Translations under genes and position numbers: made by a program
In this document: positions 48,327 through 57,297 of the stretch, in pieces
How the letters are laid out: each line of letters starts with the position of its first letter
Numbering within the stretch: position 1 is the first letter of the stretch
Notes under the pieces: model-generated
Told to the model about the DNA's origin: nothing
The model's database searches: none
Seen by the model: only the letters and a program-made list of their open reading frames with translations
Origin: Patescibacteria group bacterium
Lineage (GTDB): Bacteria; Patescibacteriota; Minisyncoccia; Phycocordibacterales; EsbW-18
Length of the DNA stretch: 64,000 nt
Assembly (NCBI GenBank): GCA_038064475.1
Contig: JBBTTA010000002.1
Span: 83,195-147,194 of the forward strand
Direction: 5' to 3'

Positions 48327-48477
48327 ATATCCATTAGACGCTCCACGTCGGAGTGCCACAAGGCACTCCTCGTGAATCGTTGCGGTGTAGTCGGGTTAAG
48401 TACCCAGTGGTGCAAACCCCGTAAGGGTATTCTAGCACCTTTGGCTCGGGTGGATTGAGGTACTTGGGTCGCTGTCT

Positions 48478-48801
48478 TTATTCCCAAACTTCCAAAGGAT
48501 AAAGGTCGTAGCCTATTTCCTCATACGGGTGCATCTGTTTTATTGCGGCAATTACGTTTCCTACAACTCGTGAGTTTAAGGTGACTTCAATTCGTTCTTC
48601 CTCAACTGAAGTATGTATCCCAACCTCACCAATGTGAGGATTTGCACCTTGTTCTGATTTAAACCGTCCTACTCCCTTTAAACTAAAACTGCAGTGTGAA
48701 TAGTTTCCTATCCTTCCTCCCCCAGCTCCGCCAATGGCAGCTCGAATCTGATCTGCATTCTCTGTAGGAACATACACAACTAATTTATAAAACTTTGGCA
48801 T
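48478..48801 (-). CDS. YqfO/NIF3-insert (PII-like) family protein
   Basis: KLVVYVP, GAGGGRIGNYSHCSF, EEERIE, HPYEE. Confidence 0.85.
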   Translation of the reverse strand: MPKFYKLVVYVPTENADQIRAAIGGAGGGRIGNYSHCSFSLKGVGRFKSEQGANPHIGEVGIHTSVEEERIEVTLNSRVVGNVIAAIKQMHPYEEIGYDLYPLEVWE

Positions 48802-48960
48802 ACTTTAGTCACTGATTAAGGCATTCAGAATGAATAATTGGTGTTGTTTTCTCTGTACAAAACCTAGTATACAACATACAAAAATGGTGACCCCCGTCAG
48901 GAGCCACCAAATGTCTTCAAACAGAGAAGCATAAACCCTTGTACTCTTTGATGCCCACCA

Positions 48961-49878
48961 CTACGCACCCGTGACCGAATAAATGCCACCTCTCTTAGCC
49001 ATGCCGAGGCCAATACGGACGAGGTCATCCTCGGAAAAGAGAGAACTAAGAGCGTCCTCCACCGACGCCTCGATGAGTGAGCTGCCAACCAGGTTCTGGC
49101 CGGCACGCTTGTCTCGGAAAGACCCATCCGGTCCGATCACGAGATATGACTCGTGGAGATCTTCCTCGGTCTCGGGAGCGAGAACAGTCTCTTTGCAACC
49201 CGAGAGACCTTGGCGGACACGATCGACGTACGCGTCAAACTGTTGACGGGATATTGCTAACCCGTCGTACGTTCCCTCATTCTCGCCCTCCACCCGAGTT
49301 ACCTGAAAAATCTTGACCCGATTTGGATGGATGAGCAGCAACCCGGGCGTGGGATCCTCGTGTGCGTTTTGGGACGTAACCACCATGTTCAACTTGACAT
49401 AAATCTTGTGTCCGAAAGATTTGGCTATCTCTCGGATCATGGCGATGCGGTCCACAACCATCTGCGGAACATCTGGATCATTGTCACGCCCGAGGTCGTG
49501 CTGAACCTTCCGATCGAAGCTATCAAGCGATATCGCGATGATGTTCAACCACCGCAGATACTGCGCGCACCATTCTCGAGTGATCAGCTTCCCATTTGTT
49601 ACAAGCGAAGTGATGAGTCCCGCCTCAGACGTCGCCTCAATCAGACTACCAAGCCCTTGAAACAATAAGGGCTCCCCACCTGCGAAGTTGATTTTTCCTA
49701 CTCCGGCGACGGTGAGTTTTTGGATGATTAACTTCCATGCAGTGATGGGGAGGTCTTTAATTTCCCTGTAAACCGCGAAACAATACCCGCAGTGGAAATT
49801 ACAGTGTCTGGTGATATGGAGATTCACGGTCAGGCCCTGTAACGTTGAAATTCTACCAATGCTCTTTTGACCCTCCAT
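48961..49878 (-). CDS. Viperin-like radical SAM protein
   Basis: VNLHITRHCNFHCGYCF, KINFAGGEP, SLVTNG, AISLDSF....LGR, late SYLVI.PDG motif. Confidence 0.8.
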   Translation of the reverse strand: MEGQKSIGRISTLQGLTVNLHITRHCNFHCGYCFAVYREIKDLPITAWKLIIQKLTVAGVGKINFAGGEPLLFQGLGSLIEATSEAGLITSLVTNGKLITREWCAQYLRWLNIIAISLDSFDRKVQHDLGRDNDPDVPQMVVDRIAMIREIAKSFGHKIYVKLNMVVTSQNAHEDPTPGLLLIHPNRVKIFQVTRVEGENEGTYDGLAISRQQFDAYVDRVRQGLSGCKETVLAPETEEDLHESYLVIGPDGSFRDKRAGQNLVGSSLIEASVEDALSSLFSEDDLVRIGLGMAKRGGIYSVTGA

Positions 49879-49965
49879 GTTGTTTCTCCTTTGTGGTCAG
49901 TTTGATTCTTTGTTGTAAAAGAACCACCGTATTTGTGGGTGAATATACGGAAATCTAAAAGTTAG

Positions 49966-49992
49966 ATTATAGTAAAATCTACATCTTGTCAA
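49966..49992 (-). promoter_or_regulatory. Sigma70-like promoter of the viperin-like gene
   Basis: TTGACA ... TATAAT on the minus strand (15-nt spacer). Confidence 0.5.
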
Positions 49993-50170
49993 ATGATTGC
50001 TGACTCCATAAACCCCTACCTACAGGGCCGCCGGGGTTATGTGCAACAAAATGGATATTCAGGTCACTCCGACTAGTGTATAGACACAACACACAAAACA
50101 AATATCTTCCCCGCCTTCGCTCGTCTTCAGCGGACTGCGTCACGCCGAAGCCGAGCTACTACGAGGCGAA

Positions 50171-50257
50171 GGCGGAGACGGTGGGATTCGAACCCACGAA
50201 GGCTTTCACCTTACCTCCTTAGCAAGGAGGCACATTCGACCACTCTGACACGTCTCC
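50171..50257 (-). tRNA. tRNA-Ser(GCT)
   Basis: GGAGACG/CGTCTCC acceptor, cctcc-TTGCTAA-ggagg, long variable arm, G73; ends GCC then a hairpin. Confidence 0.94.
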
Positions 50258-50364
50258 AATAAAAGCCAGATTAGCATATTTGAGCTCCTTTTTCTATTTT
50301 ATTGACTTGCTATAGCGAAACTGTATAATTCGGTCAGAAGTAAATCCCTAAGGAGAGGTCGCAC

Positions 50365-50919
50365 ATGGAAAAAGAACAGGAACTCAGTCCAGGACGTGCT
50401 GTTTTTCAGGTGGTGGCAACCCTTGGTCTCATTGGCTTTTTTGGTTGGTGGCTCTTCGGTTCAATCTCAGCAGCCAAAAAGGAAGGCGCGCGCTACAGCA
50501 ATACGATCTACACAAGGACCGGAGTAGCGGTGGCAGATGCGCGTGTGACAGTCACGACCATCGGAAGAACGGCTGATCCGGCCGGAAATGCAATCGGCGG
50601 AGCTCTGACGGCAAAGATGCTCGGTCTTCCCGGAACCCTCGGGGCGATTGCTGGAGCCTCGAGCGCTTCGAATGTCCCCGCGATCCAAGGCAGGATTACT
50701 GCCTGTGTGTTCTTTCTGAAGATTGAAGGAGAAGGGACCTTCCGATTCATGCCCAATTCCATGTTCGACGGCGAAGAAGGTCTGAACTGGTGCTCGCTGG
50801 TGCGAGCTGGTGATCAATTCCACATCGAGATCACCAAACGGTTCAGAGATGGGAAAGAGATACTCGAAGATCTCCAAGTCTTTGGGCCCCGAGGCCTCGA
50901 GGGGCACCCTATCCCCTGA
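50365..50919 (+). CDS. Hypothetical membrane protein
   Basis: TTGACT..TATAAT promoter, AGGAG SD, N-terminal TM, glycine-zipper-like segment, terminator at 50927. Confidence 0.65.
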   Translation: MEKEQELSPGRAVFQVVATLGLIGFFGWWLFGSISAAKKEGARYSNTIYTRTGVAVADARVTVTTIGRTADPAGNAIGGALTAKMLGLPGTLGAIAGASSASNVPAIQGRITACVFFLKIEGEGTFRFMPNSMFDGEEGLNWCSLVRAGDQFHIEITKRFRDGKEILEDLQVFGPRGLEGHPIP

Positions 50920-50978
50920 ACAACAACGCGGCCGTCATAGAAATCTATGCCGGCCGCTTTTTCATTTATACTACCGAT

Positions 50979-51800
50979 ATGCAGAAAAATGTTTTTCAGA
51001 AAACTGTCTGGCATTACTACAAAAAACACGGCCGTTCGTTGCCGTGGCGCCCCCCTACGCTAAAACTTCGGGGGGTCAACACTGCGTATAAAATACTTGT
51101 ATCTGAGGTAATGCTTCAGCAAACACAAGTAGATCGCATACTCCCCAAATACAAGTTATTTGTTAAGAAGTTTAAAAGTTTTGAAGAGCTTGCAAAGGCA
51201 ACAACATCCGACGTTATAAAAGAGTGGCAAGGACTTGGCTACAATCGCCGCGCGCTTAATCTTAAGCGTGCAGCTGAGGTCGTAGTAAAAGAACACAAAG
51301 GAAAACTTCCTCGCGACTATGATCAACTCGTCGACCTGCCTTCAATTGGTCCTTACACGGCAGGAGCACTTCTTACATTCATCTGGAATGAACCAATGGT
51401 ATGTATCGAAACAAATATTCGCACGGTCTATCTCCACCATTTTTTCAAAGACAAAAAAGGTATCTCGGATAAAACACTTGAAAACCTCCTAGCAGAAACA
51501 CTCGACGCAACAAACCCTCGTGAATGGTATTACGCCCTCATGGATTACGGTTCATATCTCAAGAAAACAATTGGCAACCCAAATACAAAGAGCAAACACT
51601 ATACAAAGCAATCAAAATTCAAGGGCTCGAACCGAGAACTCCGTGGCACAATTCTTCGCCTCCTTTCAAAATCACCCGCAACGGAAAAGAAAATTATTGC
51701 TGAGACAAAAAGAAAATCTATTGAGGTGCGACAAGTGCTCCAAACACTTATAAAGGAAGGCTTTATTTCAAAGACAAAAACATTCTTTGAACTCATGTAA
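50979..51800 (+). CDS. mutY: A/G-specific adenine glycosylase, short MutY-like
   Basis: LPWR, ILVSEVMLQQTQV, WQGLGYNRRA, LPSIGPYTA HhH. Confidence 0.85.
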   Translation: MQKNVFQKTVWHYYKKHGRSLPWRPPTLKLRGVNTAYKILVSEVMLQQTQVDRILPKYKLFVKKFKSFEELAKATTSDVIKEWQGLGYNRRALNLKRAAEVVVKEHKGKLPRDYDQLVDLPSIGPYTAGALLTFIWNEPMVCIETNIRTVYLHHFFKDKKGISDKTLENLLAETLDATNPREWYYALMDYGSYLKKTIGNPNTKSKHYTKQSKFKGSNRELRGTILRLLSKSPATEKKIIAETKRKSIEVRQVLQTLIKEGFISKTKTFFELM

Positions 51801-51913
51801 CTTGAAAAGAAAAAAGTGTCATATATATCTTGGTCCCCCAATACAGATTGATGCAAAAACAGAAGGAGGAGTTCAAGTGAACTAAATATACAAACCCCCC
51901 GCTCCGGCGAGCA

Positions 51914-51946
51914 TACAAAAACCCACCGTATGGTGGGTTTTTGTAT
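51914..51946. terminator. Bidirectional terminator between mutY and recO
   Basis: acaaaaacccacc-gtat-ggtgggtttttgt. Confidence 0.7.
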
Positions 51947-51960
51947 TAATCGATGGTTGT

Positions 51961-52554
51961 TTACAATTGTGTTTCTTTAAGTGCTCGATTTACTTCGGTC
52001 ACTGCCTGTCGACGCACCTTTTTCACCTCTTCAATGAGTGTTGGTGTAATCTTTGTTGTGTCCAAAAGAAATGCGTCCCACACTCCCCCTTCTTTAAGGT
52101 ACCCGAGCATATGGAGCACACGAAGCGCCGTTAAGACTTCAAGTGTCTTCAGTGCATCGATCGTAACATCATTTTTGAATACAAAATCAAACGCTGAACG
52201 AACAGTTGCATATAATTCTTGGTGCGCTTCTTCCCCAACAACAAGACGCCGCAAAAGCATACAGATACGCGTCACAAAGACACGCTTCGCAATATTGCCA
52301 CCACAGAGTGCAAAAAGAGAACCTTTTGCAGACACATTCGTCACACGCCATCCTTGTTTTGAACGCACAAATGAAACATCAATCAATGACATTTGTTGGA
52401 GCGATTGTCGCTGGAGCGATTTAAGATTACGCACACCACGACCCCGTGCAGACACCATACCGAGCTCTTTGGTAAAAATAGTAAAAAGGCGGTCGGATTC
52501 ACCGACATTTCGTGTGCGCACCACTATCCCCTCCGTGTGCAGTTTGGTATACAT
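51961..52554 (-). CDS. recO: DNA repair protein RecO
   Basis: TEGIVVR...GESDRLFTIFTKELG.V...RGVR..KS. Confidence 0.88.
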   Translation of the reverse strand: MYTKLHTEGIVVRTRNVGESDRLFTIFTKELGMVSARGRGVRNLKSLQRQSLQQMSLIDVSFVRSKQGWRVTNVSAKGSLFALCGGNIAKRVFVTRICMLLRRLVVGEEAHQELYATVRSAFDFVFKNDVTIDALKTLEVLTALRVLHMLGYLKEGGVWDAFLLDTTKITPTLIEEVKKVRRQAVTEVNRALKETQL

Positions 52555-52608
52555 GAAGTAAGAAGGTAGATAGTAGAGAATAGAAAATAAAAAACAGAAA
52601 ACAGAGGA

Positions 52609-55600
52609 CTAAAGAAGTTTGAAAGTGAGTGGCTCACTTCCTGCATCGCCAACAGCGATGGTCATATCAGAAAGGTTTGTTGCTGCACAAATCTGATCTT
52701 TGTATTCTTCTGCAAGTGCAGTTGTTTCTTGTATTGCTGTCATGACTACATGCACCTTGTCTGATGGTGTGAGATTTGTTGTCTTTCGAAAGTCTTGAAG
52801 TGCTCGGATAAGGTCACGGAGGTCTCCCTCTTTCTTAAGCCCAGGTGTTATGTGTGTATCAAGTTCAACTTCCCAACCTGTACCGTCAGTAAATGCAATT
52901 TCTTTTACGTTTACTTCGTCTTTAATGATATTGAGGATGTCATCTATCTTTCTGATTTCTGATTTTGGATTGCGAATAGTGAGTCTCTGTAATGGCTGAC
53001 GAATCTTTACGCCTGCATTCATACGCGCTTCAAGTGCAAGAGAGACCGTACGGCGTGCTTCTGCCATGTGTTCAAGAAGATCCGCATCAACCTTCTTTGC
53101 TTCCGGCCACGCTTCAAGATGCACACTTTCAAGCGGTCCGTGCATATTTTCGTACAGTTCTTCAGCAAAGAATGGCGTCATTGGTGCCATGAGTTTTGAA
53201 AGCTCGAGAACTACGTATCGTGTTGTCGAGAGCGCAAAGAGTTTGTCTTCACCCTCATCTTTGAAGCGATCCCGGGATCGTCGGACGTACCATGTTGAAA
53301 GATCATTAATGAAGTCGCGGATATCGCGAGCAGGCTCATATGTTCGATAGTTTTCGAAATGCTCCGTCGTTGATGTTATAAGTTCGTTTAAACGCGCGAG
53401 AATCCACTTGTCCAATACATTTTTGCTTTTCTCATGACTTATGACTTGTGACTCATGACTTGCATCATGTGCATACAACTGATAAAACTTCACGACGTTG
53501 CGAAGAACGGTAAATACTTTCTTCACACCTTCATCAACAGTACGCTCATCGAAATTCTTTGAGTCCCCTGGCTGGTTCACCGCAAACATCCAAAAACGCA
53601 ACGCATCGACACCATATTTTGAAATCATCTCCCATGGATTCACCACATTACCTAGTGATTTCGACATTTTTTTACCTTCTGCATCGAGGATGTGCGTCAA
53701 ACAAATGACGTTCTCAAATGCCCGACCACGGCCCATCAACACACCAACGGCGTGCAAGGTGTAGAACCAGCCGCGTGTTTGATCGATTCCTTCGCAAATA
53801 TAGTCTGCGGGATAGCCTTCTTTCTCAACCCATTTTTTGTTTTCAAATGGATAGTGATCTTGTGCGAACGGCATCGAACCAGAGTCGAGCCATGCGTCCA
53901 ATACTTCAGGTGTACGCTTCATATACATAGAACATTTTGGACAGCCGACAACATACTCGTCGATGTATGGCTTGTGGAGGTCGAGTTCAAATTTCTCATT
54001 GTGCGGCAGAGGAATAAATGGAAGTTCGTGCACCTCGGCTGTTTCTTTAAACATTTTTATGTCTTTCACAATCGTCGTTGCTGTCGCCTGTTCTGATGCA
54101 GCAAAAAGCATTTGTGCGGGTGCGCCGTGCGTCACGATGAGAATATTCTTACCATCGTACATATCTTCAGTTTCGTAGAGAAATTCCGTCACACGACGTT
54201 TAATGTCTTCGTGACTCTCCCCTCCTTCTGGACGCTTGGTGAACCAGTCACCGTCAGTGAAAAACATCGCGAGTTCGTGGAATGTCCTGCCATCAAGTTT
54301 TCCGAGTTTTAATTCACCTAAACGATCATCAAAAATAATCTGGTCTTCTTTGAGTCCATGTTCTTGTGCAATGATTTCCGCAGTTTCTGTCGTGCGTCCG
54401 TATGGTGATGCAAGGATAAGATCAATTTTTTCAATTTTTTTCGCAGCATGTACGACTTGCCTCTTCCCTTCCTCAGTCAACACATCAAATTTACTTCCTT
54501 TTTTTGATGAAGCGATGTTCTCGGCATTTGAAAGTGCTTCGCCATGACGCATGACGGTGTACGCATTTGTTGTGCCTTGTGCGAGTGCTGTCAAATCTGC
54601 AATAGAACCAACAACTTCACGATGCTTGCAGTGCTCACACGTCCAGACCGGCAAGGGTGTTCCCCAATAGCGATCACGTGACACCGCCCAATCTTTTACT
54701 TCACGAAGCCATTCTCCAAAACGTCCACCACGAATGTGTTCGGGTACCCAATTGATTTTCTCGTTTTCTTTGACGAGTGTGTCACGCAACTGTGACATAC
54801 CGATGTACCACGACGTACGTGCATAATAAATAAGTGGTGTTTTACAGCGCCAACAGAATGGATATGTGTGTGCGTGGCTCTCTTTTTTGAAGAAAAAGCC
54901 TTTATCCTGAAGGTATTTAAGGACAACAATAGCTGTTGCCAAACCATTATCTTCTTTATCTTTAACGGGCAGACCTTCAAGCTCTCCCGTGCCCTTGATA
55001 AAATGTCCTGTCTCGTCGACAAGATGCACTTTTGGCAAACCAATCTCCGTTCCCAGCACAAAGTCGTCCTGACCGTACATAACTGCAGTGTGTACGATTC
55101 CTGTTCCATCTGTCGTTGTGACAAAATCTGCTGCATATACTTTGTATGCTTTTTCGAGTTTTGGTTTTTCAGAGTCAGGGGCAATGTTATTTAAATATGG
55201 GAACAGTGGCTCATACGAAAGTCCGACGAGCTCTTTTCCTTTAATCGTGCGTCGTGTAGTCTGACCCTCGACCACACTCTTAGACACGTTATCTGCATAC
55301 TGTGACAAAATCTTGTCTCGAAGATCTCTTGCGAAAATAATAGTTTCTTTCAAATGTCGCTCTGTTTCAGGTGCGGAATCTACTTTTTGAGAAAGTTCCT
55401 CGATGTCATATTCGATATCTTCCCCAACAGCGAGCGCAACATTACCAGGAAGTGTCCATGGAGTAGTAGTCCAAGCTAAAAAATACACATTTTCTGCGTC
55501 CTGTCCGCATAGTTTCCGCGTTGATTCCGCATCTAATTTAAACTTCACATAGACCGAAAGATCTTTGATGTCTTGATATCCTTGCGCAATCTCATGACTC

Positions 55601-56172
55601 GAAAGCGCTGTCCCACAACGAGGACACCACGGCAATACTTTGTAGTCTTGGTACAAAAGTTTTTGCCTATCGACTTCTTTGATGACGTTCCAAACTGATT
55701 CAATATATGACGGATAGTATGTCACGTATGCGTCATCGAGATTAACCCAATACCCCATACGTTCCGTAAACGCACGCCACTCATTCATGTACTTCCACAC
55801 ACTCTCTTTACACTTCTCATTGAACGCAGCAATACCGTACTCTTCAATTTCTTTTTTCGATTTCAAACCAAGTATCTTTTCAGTTTCAATTTCTACGGGT
55901 AATCCGTGTGTGTCCCAACCCCCTTTGCGACGCACGTGAAAACCGCGCATTGTTTTATATCGCGGAATAACGTCTTTGAATGCACGAGAAATGAGGTGGT
56001 GAATCCCCGGACGACCGTTTGCTGTAGGTGGCCCTTCGTAAAAAATGAATTCTCCTTCTGGTGACTTCTTCGCGAGCGTTTTCGCGAAGATGTTGCGCTC
56101 ACGCCACTTTTGAAGCTGCGCATCTTCTTTTTGAGCATTTTCACCCGGATTGTACTCGCTCTCAAATGCCAT
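52609..56172 (-). CDS. ileS: Isoleucine--tRNA ligase (type 2-like) with inserted histidine-phosphatase domain
   Basis: GPPTANG.PGIHH, GWDTHGLP, WTTTPWTLPGN, SRDRYWG, KMSKS; RHG domain insert. Confidence 0.96.
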   Translation of the reverse strand: MAFESEYNPGENAQKEDAQLQKWRERNIFAKTLAKKSPEGEFIFYEGPPTANGRPGIHHLISRAFKDVIPRYKTMRGFHVRRKGGWDTHGLPVEIETEKILGLKSKKEIEEYGIAAFNEKCKESVWKYMNEWRAFTERMGYWVNLDDAYVTYYPSYIESVWNVIKEVDRQKLLYQDYKVLPWCPRCGTALSSHEIAQGYQDIKDLSVYVKFKLDAESTRKLCGQDAENVYFLAWTTTPWTLPGNVALAVGEDIEYDIEELSQKVDSAPETERHLKETIIFARDLRDKILSQYADNVSKSVVEGQTTRRTIKGKELVGLSYEPLFPYLNNIAPDSEKPKLEKAYKVYAADFVTTTDGTGIVHTAVMYGQDDFVLGTEIGLPKVHLVDETGHFIKGTGELEGLPVKDKEDNGLATAIVVLKYLQDKGFFFKKESHAHTYPFCWRCKTPLIYYARTSWYIGMSQLRDTLVKENEKINWVPEHIRGGRFGEWLREVKDWAVSRDRYWGTPLPVWTCEHCKHREVVGSIADLTALAQGTTNAYTVMRHGEALSNAENIASSKKGSKFDVLTEEGKRQVVHAAKKIEKIDLILASPYGRTTETAEIIAQEHGLKEDQIIFDDRLGELKLGKLDGRTFHELAMFFTDGDWFTKRPEGGESHEDIKRRVTEFLYETEDMYDGKNILIVTHGAPAQMLFAASEQATATTIVKDIKMFKETAEVHELPFIPLPHNEKFELDLHKPYIDEYVVGCPKCSMYMKRTPEVLDAWLDSGSMPFAQDHYPFENKKWVEKEGYPADYICEGIDQTRGWFYTLHAVGVLMGRGRAFENVICLTHILDAEGKKMSKSLGNVVNPWEMISKYGVDALRFWMFAVNQPGDSKNFDERTVDEGVKKVFTVLRNVVKFYQLYAHDASHESQVISHEKSKNVLDKWILARLNELITSTTEHFENYRTYEPARDIRDFINDLSTWYVRRSRDRFKDEGEDKLFALSTTRYVVLELSKLMAPMTPFFAEELYENMHGPLESVHLEAWPEAKKVDADLLEHMAEARRTVSLALEARMNAGVKIRQPLQRLTIRNPKSEIRKIDDILNIIKDEVNVKEIAFTDGTGWEVELDTHITPGLKKEGDLRDLIRALQDFRKTTNLTPSDKVHVVMTAIQETTALAEEYKDQICAATNLSDMTIAVGDAGSEPLTFKLL

Positions 56173-56197
56173 AATACGCCAGTATAGCACTTAAAAT

Positions 56198-56230
56198 GGG
56201 GTCAGACCCCACCCTTGGGGGTCTGACCCC
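56198..56230. repeat. REP-like double palindrome GGGGTCWGACCCC
   Basis: ggggtcagacccc-acccttg-ggggtctgacccc. Confidence 0.75.
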
Positions 56231-56235
56231 CGTTT

Positions 56236-57294
56236 TTATTGTGTTGTTTGTTGTCCGCTTTGGGGACGGATTTTTAAAGCCTCAAGTACGCGTCGATTGC
56301 GCATACTCATCAAAATAAGAGCGATAAGAACGGCAATACCGATAAGAACGAGAAGGCCCCCAATAATGAACGTCACCGGTGACGAGCCGAGCCCTTGCAG
56401 TCCGCCAACAATAACCTCAAACACTTGTGTTGCATCACTCGTCTCTCCTTCATTTAAAACTGAAGCCCAGAAGTAGTATCGTTTTGAGATAAAAGGAAAA
56501 AGCACACTGCCGACCGTCATTTCAGGCAATGTGTAGCCGACACCGCTGTCGCGACCGTACATGAATACAAAATTTCCTGCAGCATCACTTTCAATAGCGT
56601 ACTGCGATGGACTTTCTTTTTCTTTTTGCAAATACACCTGCACCTGTGCAGTTGGATATGTCACACCCTGTAAAAAGAGATCCCCCACTTGCGCAACGGT
56701 GCGCGAGTACTGCGTGATAACAGGAGGACGAATTTGAAGTGCTGCGTCCTCAACAAATGATCCCGATGCTCGTCGTTCAGGCAATTCTTCTCCCACATTT
56801 CCCTCTCCTCCGCGTAGTGATAAACGCGCACCTGAAAATGAATCGAGGATATTCGTTCCCTTACCGTCGTTTGCAAGAATAAGTCCCGATGAAAATTCTA
56901 TGTCAGCATTTCCCTCAGCGAGTACACGAAAATAGATTGTCGCAACTTTTCCTGTTCCTTGAAATCCAGGATTAAACATCAGCCCTTCAAAAAAAATTGT
57001 TTTTGCATTAAGCGCGACCGCTGGTTTGGAAACCCACAGATCAACAATTGACGTGTCCGTGTCAATTGAAACAGGTTCGAGTATTTTATTTGAAAAAGAA
57101 AATGTGCCCGACACTGCATTAACCGACCTTGTTTCGCTCGTCACGATAACGTCAACAGGAATGAGTGCGCCAACAACGTACGTTCCTTGCTCGGGACTAA
57201 TTGAAAGTGTTGCAGCCTCTACAGACGACGCCACGAGGAGCAAAAGCGCGATGATACTTATCCCTATCTTTGTGCTGTGTAGATATGGGTTCAT
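56236..57294 (-). CDS. Cohesin-domain surface protein with C-terminal TM
   Basis: Signal peptide, VNAVSGT.SF..S.VDLW..P...FEG..PGF.G...ATI.FR..ILANDG.GTNIL. Confidence 0.75.
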   Translation of the reverse strand: MNPYLHSTKIGISIIALLLLVASSVEAATLSISPEQGTYVVGALIPVDVIVTSETRSVNAVSGTFSFSNKILEPVSIDTDTSIVDLWVSKPAVALNAKTIFFEGLMFNPGFQGTGKVATIYFRVLAEGNADIEFSSGLILANDGKGTNILDSFSGARLSLRGGEGNVGEELPERRASGSFVEDAALQIRPPVITQYSRTVAQVGDLFLQGVTYPTAQVQVYLQKEKESPSQYAIESDAAGNFVFMYGRDSGVGYTLPEMTVGSVLFPFISKRYYFWASVLNEGETSDATQVFEVIVGGLQGLGSSPVTFIIGGLLVLIGIAVLIALILMSMRNRRVLEALKIRPQSGQQTTQ

Positions 57295-57297
57295 GAG

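Noticed and set aside
48223-50190. Prophage or integrative element at tRNA-Ser
   Set aside because: Only ~2 kb with no integrase or phage genes; reported instead as an integrase-free island.
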